Positions 50,961-60,215 of a DNA stretch of 64,000 nucleotides are shown one piece after another. Every line of letters begins with the position of its first letter. The stretch's first letter is position 1. Origin of the DNA: a virus; the IMG/VR virus record IMGVR_UViG_3300028534_000018, positions 21,934-85,933 of that record. One strand, given 5' to 3'. The position numbers and the translations under genes were made by a program. The notes beneath the pieces are model-generated. The model was not told where the DNA came from. It did not search any database and saw only the letters and a program-made list of their open reading frames with translations.

Positions 50961-51347
50961 TTAGTCGAAACCAATTGTTAGGTTGCCAGCAGGAACTCTA
51001 AAGTTATTTCCATTACTAACAGTTACTGATGCGGACAGTGGAGCATAGAATAACAAATGACCACCAGTAGATGAATCCATAATTCCTATATGAGTAACGG
51101 TATCCCAATCTGCTGTTGCTGTATCGAATATAATATCAGAATCGTTTGTTGATACGCCATTTGATGGTGCGGACAGTGAGAAATCCTTCCTGCTATATCC
51201 ATCTCCATATAATTCTGTTCCCGAATTGTCTTCGCCTGGATCAGAACTATATAATGCTAAATAAACAGTACCTGGCGCACTATATGGTATATTTCTCAAA
51301 ACATGATTTACAAGTTTTTCTTCTAGGTAATCTGAAATAAAAGACAT
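50961..51347 (-). CDS. Conserved small phage tail/fibre-associated protein
   Basis: SDYLEEKL, YLALYSSDP, GYSR, ATADW.TVTHIGI.D..TGG.LL motifs. Confidence 0.7.
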   Translation of the reverse strand: MSFISDYLEEKLVNHVLRNIPYSAPGTVYLALYSSDPGEDNSGTELYGDGYSRKDFSLSAPSNGVSTNDSDIIFDTATADWDTVTHIGIMDSSTGGHLLFYAPLSASVTVSNGNNFRVPAGNLTIGFD

Positions 51348-51400
51348 TACTAATTCCTTTTTTTTATTATTTTAATTATACACTATTTAAAGTTTATGTG

Positions 51401-52645
51401 TCATTTTTGACTGATAGAATCATCTGTTGGGCACGATGATGGGCACATCTTTGGACAGTCAAATTCACATGATTTAAATTTGGCTTCTTTCGCCAATATC
51501 GCACCCTCTACACCAGTAAATGATTCTTCGATTTTAGCCCTAGTTATTAGATCTGGTGTGAAGTCAGTCATGCTATCAATATCATTCAATGTTGTTGGGT
51601 CTATGTCTTGATAAACCATTGACCATGCTTGTAGTTGCGTTTCGAATAGTTTTTGTCTAGCATTTATCGCAAACCCATCCGTTTGTGCCCTATATAGTGC
51701 TGCTTGCTGATTGGTAACGTTTTTGTTGTTTTCACAATCGCATTTCATTTTCTCTGCTTGTGCTTTGTTTAATTCGACCTTACTATCAGTAGATATTTTT
51801 GCAATATTTGTTTCATCTGACATTTTCTTTATTTGAGCCTTATCAACAGATATTTTGCTATCGTTAATTGCTTTTTCATTTTTCGCATCAGATTCAAGTT
51901 TTGATTTTTGTTGCTTCTTTAATGAAACATCAACTTTTCTCAGTTCTGTTTGATTCAGTATATCTGATTCATTTTTCTCTATTGCAGATTTATCTAAACT
52001 CAATTTACTAATAGTTGCTTTTGTTGCATTATCGCATTCGCAATCTATTTTTTCTATCTGTTTATCGTTTAGTTTTATGGCTGCTATTCTTTGCTCAGTG
52101 CTGTTTGACATATCAACTTCATTTTTTTCTATTGCTGATTTATCTAGATTTATTTTACTATCTGTTGTTCTCGTTTCATTATCGCATGAGCATTTCATTT
52201 TTTCAATTTCTTGCTTATCAAGTAGTAATTTACTGTCTGCTAGTCGTGTTGAGTTATTACACTCACATTCAATTTTATTTATTTCTGCTACAGATTGTCT
52301 TTCCTGTATTGCAGTAGCCCTTTCTTCAAGATCCATCTTTAACAACTCATGTTGTCTTTGAACCTCAGCAAGTGCTATTTCTTTTTGGATTTTTCCCTTA
52401 GACAATGCATACTGGAATGACTCTTTCATTGCTTCAACAAGAAAGCTTGCAAATACTGTACCAGATTCTGACTCTGTTAATTCGCCACGCTTCTTAGCAT
52501 CTTCAATATGTTTACGTGATAACGTGACAATATCACCAAACAACCCACCATCATTGAGTGTTTTGGCTCCTATTATCTCTGATACTTTTATCTCTTGGCA
52601 GTCACCATATATATCTTCGCAGTTATTATCTTTATCGCTCATCAC
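51401..52645 (-). CDS. Coiled-coil structural protein (N4 gp54-like) with CxC repeats
   Basis: GGLFG N-terminal motif, LYRAQTDGF..NARQK C-terminal motif; about 25-aa internal repeats. Confidence 0.6.
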   Translation of the reverse strand: MMSDKDNNCEDIYGDCQEIKVSEIIGAKTLNDGGLFGDIVTLSRKHIEDAKKRGELTESESGTVFASFLVEAMKESFQYALSKGKIQKEIALAEVQRQHELLKMDLEERATAIQERQSVAEINKIECECNNSTRLADSKLLLDKQEIEKMKCSCDNETRTTDSKINLDKSAIEKNEVDMSNSTEQRIAAIKLNDKQIEKIDCECDNATKATISKLSLDKSAIEKNESDILNQTELRKVDVSLKKQQKSKLESDAKNEKAINDSKISVDKAQIKKMSDETNIAKISTDSKVELNKAQAEKMKCDCENNKNVTNQQAALYRAQTDGFAINARQKLFETQLQAWSMVYQDIDPTTLNDIDSMTDFTPDLITRAKIEESFTGVEGAILAKEAKFKSCEFDCPKMCPSSCPTDDSISQK

Positions 52646-52719
52646 CTGGTTCCTGTAATTATTATAATGTATTATCGAACCAGGAAGAGTTCCTGGCTCT
52701 GTAATAGATTATACTATTA

Positions 52720-53361
52720 CTATTCTTCTTTTCCAAGCGCAGCATCACGAGCACGTTGACGCTTTGCAATTTGATTAAGTTCTTCCTTGGTTAAATCTGG
52801 AAGACGCTTAATTGTGTATGCTGGAACGGTTTCAAAACGAACAGTATTTCCTTCATCGTCCTGAATTGATTTTGAAATTGTCATATTTTCAAGATTGCGA
52901 AGTGCTCCTTCACGCAGATGCCAAGGTTTATTAAGCACAAAAATATCGGTATGATGCCCTACAAGCCTATTGCCCCATGTACAGTAGTGAGCTTGAGTAT
53001 TAATACCAGTTTGATTGTGATCATTAGAAATAATCATTACACGATTGAGCTTCATTAATTCTTTTCTGAGGCGTTTTCGTTTTTGTTCACGTGTTTCTTT
53101 TTGTTTTCCATTCTTTTTAGCTTTCTTCGCCTTGGGTTCTTCGTATGATGTATCAAGAAATTCATCAACATCGTCGAGCTCTGCTTCTGGGTCAACATCA
53201 ACTCCTGCATCATCTTGTTTTGAACTATTGAAGTCTTCAATTGCTTTAAGCAATTCTTTAACAGTTGGTCTTTGTTTTGCAGATTGAACTTCAATATTGT
53301 TATCATCACAATAATCTTGAAGCTCTTGATGCGTCATACTTTTAAAATCTTTTGTTTCCAT
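52720..53361 (-). CDS. N4 gp55-like protein
   Basis: N-terminal HeH-like motif; LPDLTKEEL..IAKRQ; follows the major capsid gene. Confidence 0.65.
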   Translation of the reverse strand: METKDFKSMTHQELQDYCDDNNIEVQSAKQRPTVKELLKAIEDFNSSKQDDAGVDVDPEAELDDVDEFLDTSYEEPKAKKAKKNGKQKETREQKRKRLRKELMKLNRVMIISNDHNQTGINTQAHYCTWGNRLVGHHTDIFVLNKPWHLREGALRNLENMTISKSIQDDEGNTVRFETVPAYTIKRLPDLTKEELNQIAKRQRARDAALGKEE

Positions 53362-53538
53362 ATTTGTATATTCCTTGTACTATAGATGGTTTTGTTTCTG
53401 GTTCCACTAAGGTGAAAACTTTGTTTTCAAATTGCCATACACGTATTATGGAACCAGGGTGAAAATACATTACAAACCTGGTTCCAGCAGCTATCTATTT
53501 ACCTCTTTTACCTTTACCTTTTTTCTTGCAGGCCATGA

Positions 53539-54873
53539 TTATGCTACTTTGAGACTACAAGCGATCTGACGAATCCACTCTGGGCGAAGATACATAATAC
53601 CATAATACCAAGAGATAGATACAGCACCTTTTTTGCCGTATACGTCATTGTACGCATCAGCTTTAGGCATGATAGTTTTAACCCGCGCACTATCACCTTC
53701 GAATCCAACAGTCACAAATGATTCAGATCCAACAAAAAGAATTGGGAATACATCGTAACGTTCTTTACCATCGGCACCGAGAGAGGTATATCTGTTGCCA
53801 ACATCTGCATCATCGACATTATCGGTAGCATCTGCCCCTTGACCCATGTAGGCAGGCATATCTTCTACTTCGATAAATCTGAATGCTCCAATACGACCAA
53901 TTTCATCTTGAGCAATTGTTCCAGCGGCTGCATATTCTTCAACAGGTGTCCATACGCTATTGCCGTTGTGCTCCATATCTTCAAGAGTAGGAAGTGCTTC
54001 TTGACCAACATAAACATAGCGAGCTTTTCCAACAACACTGGTTCCGTACTTAGTAGAGCCATCAATCAGTTTAGTTGTTTTGGGGCAACGAGCATCCTTA
54101 AGTGCCTTATCCATCATACGAAGATCGGAGAATGAAAGGATATCGCCAGATCCAATCTCGTCAATAGTTGTAGCATCACCTGCAAATACACGGTTTTGCT
54201 CAGACTGACCAATAAGTGAGTTACGAATTTGTGCTTCACGGAGATCACCTTGGGTCTCACCAATAGCACGAGAATATCGAGCAAGGAGACCTTTTTCAGT
54301 ATCCATATCAAGAGACTTTTTGGTAAAGCTCATGTAGAAGCCATATTCAGCAATTTCAGCTTCGATGAGCTTACGCTTCATTCCAACCTGGTTAACCATT
54401 CCACCTTCTTCAGTGAGTAGAGGGAATGCACCATTCTGAACAAGAATATCTTTGCTTCCACCGAAAAGGTTTCCGTTACCAGACTTGATTGTTCCGCCCT
54501 GTGCTTGAGCTTCAGTGAGTGCTTTTTCACGAGTAGAATAACCTTGACCGTTATCAGCATCTGTATTAGTAGTGATGCGAGCACCAGCTGCATCATATGC
54601 ATACCATACACCAGGAATAACTTTTACACCATTGGCATCAATACCTTGATCATTAATATTACGCTCATCCAAAATAGGAAGTTCATGATATTTTACGATC
54701 TTTTCACCATAATGTTTTGGCTGATTTTCTTTCTGTCCAAGTTGTGAAAAGACATGCTTTCTCTTTGCCTCTTTGACAGCTACACGTGACCAAAATTTAT
54801 CATTAATCTGTACGCCAATTGTAGAGTTGTCTACCGATGGATCAAATCCACCCTTATTAAACTTCTGTGCCAT
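53539..54873 (-). CDS. Major capsid protein (N4 gp56-like)
   Basis: PKHYGEKI, PILDERNINDQGIDANG, GNLFGGSKD, P.LTEEGG.VN.VG, LRPEWI. Confidence 0.92.
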   Translation of the reverse strand: MAQKFNKGGFDPSVDNSTIGVQINDKFWSRVAVKEAKRKHVFSQLGQKENQPKHYGEKIVKYHELPILDERNINDQGIDANGVKVIPGVWYAYDAAGARITTNTDADNGQGYSTREKALTEAQAQGGTIKSGNGNLFGGSKDILVQNGAFPLLTEEGGMVNQVGMKRKLIEAEIAEYGFYMSFTKKSLDMDTEKGLLARYSRAIGETQGDLREAQIRNSLIGQSEQNRVFAGDATTIDEIGSGDILSFSDLRMMDKALKDARCPKTTKLIDGSTKYGTSVVGKARYVYVGQEALPTLEDMEHNGNSVWTPVEEYAAAGTIAQDEIGRIGAFRFIEVEDMPAYMGQGADATDNVDDADVGNRYTSLGADGKERYDVFPILFVGSESFVTVGFEGDSARVKTIMPKADAYNDVYGKKGAVSISWYYGIMYLRPEWIRQIACSLKVA

Positions 54874-54917
54874 AATAGTTACCTTTGTTATTTTTAAAAA
54901 TTAATAATAGCATCAAG

Positions 54918-56195
54918 TTAATTAAATAAAAAACTATCTACTATTTTATCGAATTCTTCATCTGACAATTCAGATACGTCATATACTTTTTTTGTTTTTC
55001 TTTTACTGGCTGGTTTTTTCTTACTGACGCTTGCGGCACGTTTTCTATTGCGATCTACTTCGTTATTTTTTTCTTCTACTTTTTTTCGGTATTCCTGCTC
55101 AAGTCTGATTTTTTCCATTTCAGCTTGAATTTCTGCTTCAGAGAATTGTTGTGCATTTTGACTATATGGAGTCTGCTGATTTGCCTGGAGTTCACCCTGC
55201 TGGTTCTCCAAGAAGTTCAGGTACTCATTTTCAAGTTCATTTGCGGCTTCCCTGTATTGCTCAATAGCAGGCTTTTTTGAGAAGATACCATAAGGATCAG
55301 TAATTTTTTTCTCAGCAATGCGGTCCATAACAAGATCATAAACACCTGTTGACAGGTGGTTAACAAGGTCTACAGAGTTTTGTGGATCACTAAGCAATTC
55401 ATATACACTAGTGTCGTCCCATTCTTCTGCAATAACTTTTTCTACCTGATCACGTACACCATATTGTTCGGCATTGTCGATGACTTCATCGAGTGCCAAT
55501 TCAATATCCGACGCAATAACATTTTTAGGCGTATAATTATCTTGATCTTCTAAATCTATTTCGAGCGGATCAATTTCTGCCTGTTTTAAAATTTGCGTGA
55601 TAGCTCCACGATCACCATTCATTGCATTAATAATCAAATTGAATTTATCTGGATTTTCTAGGACACCACTTTCTTTTAACGGTTTTAAGAATGGTTTGTA
55701 TTCCTTAATTGACCGCATCTTTTGTGAGAACCCAGCAGCCATTTGTTGTGCTTGAATGATCTTTTTTGGATCATCAAAACCACGCATTGGCTTACCGTTT
55801 GCAATAAACTCAGATGTTGCTTCTTCATAGAACTTTCTATATCTTTCTGATTCATCCAGGAGCTTTTGATATTCATTTTTATAATCAATGTCCTGCTGAT
55901 CTTCGGAACCAGGATCTGTGTCGGTATCTATATTATCACTATTGTTCTCATCGTTTTCATCTGCCTCATCTGCCTCATCAGATTCGTCAGATTCACTATC
56001 CTCATCATCATATTCATTGTCATCATCTTGTTCATCATCATCAACTTCATTATTTTCTTGCTCATCATTATCCTCTTCGGAACCAGGATGAGAGTCGTCA
56101 CCAGTGGATGATTCGATTTCTTCAAGAATACGATCAAGATCTTCGTCTGTTATGTTGTCAACTTCTTCAATTGCCATAATGTCATACCTCCACAA
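54918..56195 (-). CDS. N4 gp57-like protein (scaffold, often annotated tape measure)
   Basis: Acidic N-terminus, FIANGK, AGFSQKM, LSDEEF C-terminus; upstream of the capsid gene. Confidence 0.7.
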   Translation of the reverse strand: MWRYDIMAIEEVDNITDEDLDRILEEIESSTGDDSHPGSEEDNDEQENNEVDDDEQDDDNEYDDEDSESDESDEADEADENDENNSDNIDTDTDPGSEDQQDIDYKNEYQKLLDESERYRKFYEEATSEFIANGKPMRGFDDPKKIIQAQQMAAGFSQKMRSIKEYKPFLKPLKESGVLENPDKFNLIINAMNGDRGAITQILKQAEIDPLEIDLEDQDNYTPKNVIASDIELALDEVIDNAEQYGVRDQVEKVIAEEWDDTSVYELLSDPQNSVDLVNHLSTGVYDLVMDRIAEKKITDPYGIFSKKPAIEQYREAANELENEYLNFLENQQGELQANQQTPYSQNAQQFSEAEIQAEMEKIRLEQEYRKKVEEKNNEVDRNRKRAASVSKKKPASKRKTKKVYDVSELSDEEFDKIVDSFLFN

Positions 56196-56571
56196 AAGCT
56201 TCGTCAGGTCTTGCGACTACTTCACTTCTATATTGCTTCTCTTCTGCAATAATATCTGGTGCCATATGAGCATTAGTTGCAATAGTCAGGAAATATTGTT
56301 TGAGGTTTCTAATAGAGAGGAGCTTATCATTGATATTCTCAATAACGTCTCGTTTAAGATGAGATGGCTCAGTAAGAAGTCCATATAGCCTCATTCCTTC
56401 TTTTTCAAAGTATCCAGAGAGAATGATTTTTTGGAAATCTTCATTTTCATGAAGTCTTTCTGTTGCTTCTTTGAGTTCAATAAATTCTTCTTGTTGCTTG
56501 ATCCTATCTTCAATAGCTTCAAGCTCTTTAGCTTTAGCCTCTTTTGCTTTGTCTAAGTTGGGTGTACCCAT
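56182..56571 (-). CDS. N4 gp58-like protein
   Basis: ERLHENEDFQKIILSGYF motif and synteny. Confidence 0.65.
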   Translation of the reverse strand: MGTPNLDKAKEAKAKELEAIEDRIKQQEEFIELKEATERLHENEDFQKIILSGYFEKEGMRLYGLLTEPSHLKRDVIENINDKLLSIRNLKQYFLTIATNAHMAPDIIAEEKQYRSEVVARPDEAFVEV

Positions 56572-56659
56572 TGCTTAATTTCCTTTTTGTATTTTTTTTA
56601 TATTGTTGATATAACATATATATCATCAATATAGTATATCATATATACTTAATTAAAAC

Positions 56660-57220
56660 TTACTGTTGTTGACCACTAACTGTTTGATTAAGTATGTCTT
56701 GTGCTGCCATCGTTATTGGTGATTGTCTCTTTTGAACAGAATCAACTGGTTTAACTTGCTGTTGTTGGTCAAGTAATTGTTGCTTTTGAGCATTTTTCAT
56801 GCTCTGCTCCATGATGACAGAAGCAGCATCTCTTGCTTCTTCTTTCGCTTTCTTTGCTCTTGCTACTTCAACCTGAACCTGTGGTGGTAGTTTCTTAAAT
56901 TGGTTTGCAATATCTCTTGGGTCTGCGCCTTGCTCTTCAAGATCATCGAAGAGACTTAAATACTGTAATGCTTTTTTTGATAAAACTTCATCACCCATGG
57001 AAGCAGAGGCGTGACCAGACATGCCTAGGCTACCAGTTGGTTCAGGAGAATATGCTGGCATTCGTCTACTAACCTCTCTGAGTGCTTTAACTGCACCAGC
57101 CTCTTGCCCTGATAAGAATGATGCTTTTGCAACATCTTTCATTTCAGCATCTTTTTTTTGCAATTCCTGTTCAAGCATGCTCTTGTCTCTATTATTTCTT
57201 ATTCTATCAAATAAGTGCAT
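56660..57220 (-). CDS. Hypothetical helical protein downstream of portal
   Basis: 186-aa ORF overlapping the portal stop. Confidence 0.55.
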   Translation of the reverse strand: MHLFDRIRNNRDKSMLEQELQKKDAEMKDVAKASFLSGQEAGAVKALREVSRRMPAYSPEPTGSLGMSGHASASMGDEVLSKKALQYLSLFDDLEEQGADPRDIANQFKKLPPQVQVEVARAKKAKEEARDAASVIMEQSMKNAQKQQLLDQQQQVKPVDSVQKRQSPITMAAQDILNQTVSGQQQ

Positions 57221-59618
57221 TTGGATGTCCTTTAATATCTTCTATATGTTTTATTGTATCTAAATTTGTTTTATGCTGCATACTTTCTGCTACGCTTTGC
57301 TCTTTTGCTTCAATATTGTTCATGTGCTGAGAAACTTTTATGTCTGCTTCAAGTTCTTTTATTTTTAATTTAGCCATTTCTATTTCAGCTTTAAGCATTG
57401 CAAGTTCTTTATCATGCTGTTGTTTTAATTTAAGCTCTTCATGCTTTGCAAGGAATGATGCTTCTATTTCTTCCTCTTTCTCATCTCTATCAATTCCGTT
57501 TATTTTTCTTACATAGTCAAGGCGAACAGCGTCTGCTTCCTCTTCTAATTTTTTAGCTTGTGCAAGCTTGAGTCTTGCAGTTGCTTTATTCTCTTCTGTT
57601 TCGGAGTTAAGATTCTGTGCAGTTCTACTTTCTCTTTCTTCGATTTTACTGTCTTCTGATTCAATAAGTTTTGCGGTTTTTGCAATTTCCATTTTTAATT
57701 TCTGGTTCTCAAGCATTGCATTTTCAAGCTGAAGTTGTGCTATTTGTTGTTGCATAGGATCTGGCTCTGGCTCGTAGGATTCAACTTGCTCTGCAAGATC
57801 TGGTTCCTTCCATAGTCGTGCAATTTTTGCATAAATTATTTTTTGCAATCCAGGAGGCATATTTGCAGCGTTTGTCTGCATGAGCATATTTAATTTTTCT
57901 GCTTTTTCATTATCCTTTTCTGGGGTTGATACCTCAACCGTCAAATCAAAATCACCCTGTATATCTTCGCGCTTTATTGTTACAAATTCACTGTTTGTTA
58001 TCCTAACAACTTCTGTTTCACTAAGGAATGCCTGGTTCATTTTAATGGTCTTGGTGGCAATATCCTTGAAGATATCATCAGCAAGCCTACGAAGCAAAGA
58101 CAGTTCACGCTTACTTGTAGCATCAAGAGCAGAACGTATTCCAGTTGCTACAGAGCCAAGTGACTGTGATCCAATACCGTTTGAGAATGACTTAGTGCCT
58201 GACATCGCTTCTGCATCATTTTGATGATACTGAATCATGTCAAATACAGCAGGAGGTACTGGATCGACTGACTTTTTATATATTGCTTGTCTTGGGTCCA
58301 TCTTTGTTCTAAAATAAACAGTTTTACCAGTCTTGTAATTATCTTTTTGCAATGGACCAGCAAAGAACTGTTCATCGATAAACTCTTGACCAACGGCATG
58401 TGTTGCAGTAATGTCGTGTGCTGCACGCATCATTTTGCCAATTGATTCCTGATTCTCTATGAGTAATTCACCATCTGGTTCACCGTACATTTCATTCTTG
58501 ATGGGCATATATCTTGCTATAGAGAATGGTAACTCATTGAATGGAAATGGACTTTCTTCTAGTCGTATAAGTGTCTTGTTAACCCATGTTGCAATAATTT
58601 GTACGACTTCTCCATCACCATGAATATCCCAGTATCCCCAATACTCATATGCTTCTATTTTTTTTCTTGGCTTGTCCTTGAATTTAAAATTTGTTCCGCT
58701 TCTTGGAACAACACTGCGTTCTCTCTCATATTCTTCATAATACTCATCTGGTCTTATTGTGTCATCAAGTTCTTTTTCTACCTTATCAAGGTTTTTGTAG
58801 ATTCCAACCTGCTCGATTGTTCCGTCTTCATGTTCTATTTCAGTATATTTTTGTCTTTTTAGTGTTGCAAGATCTGTTTCATATTTGTGTATTACAAAGT
58901 TGGCATCACGAATACTGCCATTTGCAGTTGGATCAATGATTACGTTTCTGATATCGCATACTTCATACGTTGGCTGATTCTTAACAAGAATTGTTTCTTC
59001 TTTTGTACCTTTCCTGGTTCCTATTTGAATTGCTTTTCCTGCTTGCATATTTGCAGCCATTTCTTCTTGTGACATTTGACCACGACTAACAAGAGACTGC
59101 ATTATTTGCAGTGATTGCTCTGGTGTTGCATAAACAGGAATATCCGTTTCAACCTCAATGATATCTTCTTCAACTTCCCATCCAGTCTTAACAATGACTG
59201 TTCCTTCGTCATAGAATCCACGAACAACGGCATTAACTAATTCAACCTTATTTACTTTTGTTGTCCATTGATAGTTGAGAACTAGCTGGTTCTGCCTTGC
59301 AGCTTCTGTATCCTCAAAAGTTCTTGGAGCGACCTTGAACATGTCTTTTGTATTTAAGAACGGTTCTTCTAGTGCAGGATACTTCCATTCTGCTTGTTTT
59401 CTTATGAGTTTTGGACGAACTTTGCTTTTTCCTGGTTCCGCCTTGATCGGCTTTCCACCATCCATATTTTCAGCCCATTCATCAAGCTTATTTATAAGTA
59501 AGCCATGATCTTGCATTGCCTCTTTATAGTCTGAATACAAATTATCAAATGATGGTTCATTCTTCCAGTTAGTTATTTTGTTATTTTTTCCTGGAATTTC
59601 TTCTATGTTATCACTCAT
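57207..59618 (-). CDS. Portal protein (N4 gp59-like)
   Basis: WKNEPS, PKLIRKQAEWKYPALEEPFL, SGTKSFSNGI, RSALDATSKRE. Confidence 0.92.
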   Translation of the reverse strand: MSDNIEEIPGKNNKITNWKNEPSFDNLYSDYKEAMQDHGLLINKLDEWAENMDGGKPIKAEPGKSKVRPKLIRKQAEWKYPALEEPFLNTKDMFKVAPRTFEDTEAARQNQLVLNYQWTTKVNKVELVNAVVRGFYDEGTVIVKTGWEVEEDIIEVETDIPVYATPEQSLQIMQSLVSRGQMSQEEMAANMQAGKAIQIGTRKGTKEETILVKNQPTYEVCDIRNVIIDPTANGSIRDANFVIHKYETDLATLKRQKYTEIEHEDGTIEQVGIYKNLDKVEKELDDTIRPDEYYEEYERERSVVPRSGTNFKFKDKPRKKIEAYEYWGYWDIHGDGEVVQIIATWVNKTLIRLEESPFPFNELPFSIARYMPIKNEMYGEPDGELLIENQESIGKMMRAAHDITATHAVGQEFIDEQFFAGPLQKDNYKTGKTVYFRTKMDPRQAIYKKSVDPVPPAVFDMIQYHQNDAEAMSGTKSFSNGIGSQSLGSVATGIRSALDATSKRELSLLRRLADDIFKDIATKTIKMNQAFLSETEVVRITNSEFVTIKREDIQGDFDLTVEVSTPEKDNEKAEKLNMLMQTNAANMPPGLQKIIYAKIARLWKEPDLAEQVESYEPEPDPMQQQIAQLQLENAMLENQKLKMEIAKTAKLIESEDSKIEERESRTAQNLNSETEENKATARLKLAQAKKLEEEADAVRLDYVRKINGIDRDEKEEEIEASFLAKHEELKLKQQHDKELAMLKAEIEMAKLKIKELEADIKVSQHMNNIEAKEQSVAESMQHKTNLDTIKHIEDIKGHPNALI

Positions 59619-59935
59619 CTTTTTGCCTTTGGCTTGTGATATTTTTTATTTATAAGTATGTTAACTTTTTTATACTTATTGTTAGTTGCTCTGAGTATTC
59701 TAACTGTTTTTATGCATGAATCAAAATCTGTCTTGCTTATGGTATATGTGTTTTTATTTATTCTTTTTAGTGATGTTATTTTTTTAATCGGAGGATTCTT
59801 GTATATTGGTAATTTTGGACAACTGTTTTGTTGTTGGGGAACCAGGGTGATTATAGGTTCAGGTTGTTTTGGTGCACAACCGCTAGTAATAAATGTCGCT
59901 ATAATCAGAAATAGTAGTGTTAATATCTTCTTCAT
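59615..59935 (-). CDS. o-spanin-like lipoprotein (Rz1-like)
   Basis: Signal peptide with lipobox TSGC, Pro-rich; overlaps the upstream TM gene. Confidence 0.6.
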   Translation of the reverse strand: MKKILTLLFLIIATFITSGCAPKQPEPIITLVPQQQNSCPKLPIYKNPPIKKITSLKRINKNTYTISKTDFDSCIKTVRILRATNNKYKKVNILINKKYHKPKAKR

Positions 59936-60194
59936 GCTCGATCTCCTTTATTTCTTTTTCTATTGTAGCATTCTTTAAATCTATCATACATTTATTATAT
60001 TTTATAGATTCAGTAGCAAGAGTTGACATTGTTGCTTTTTTTTCAGCATTACATTTCTTTATTCTATCCTTATATGATCCTATTATTGAATTCATAATAA
60101 AAGAACCTATTAGTGTACCAATAATAATTGCAGGAATCATATATAGCATACTCTTGGTTTTCCCAGCTAGCAATGAAAATATATACTTTAACAT
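59883..60194 (-). CDS. i-spanin-like protein (Rz-like)
   Basis: N-terminal TM helix followed by coiled coil. Confidence 0.55.
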   Translation of the reverse strand: MLKYIFSLLAGKTKSMLYMIPAIIIGTLIGSFIMNSIIGSYKDRIKKCNAEKKATMSTLATESIKYNKCMIDLKNATIEKEIKEIEHEEDINTTISDYSDIYY

Positions 60195-60215
60195 AAAAAC
60201 ATCCTCATTTGAATA

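Noticed and set aside
52676..52700. N4-type vRNAP hairpin promoter (ccaggaa-gag-ttcctgg)
   Set aside because: It lies among late genes and lacks the C-GNA-G loop expected for N4 promoters; more likely a terminator or octamer-derived hairpin
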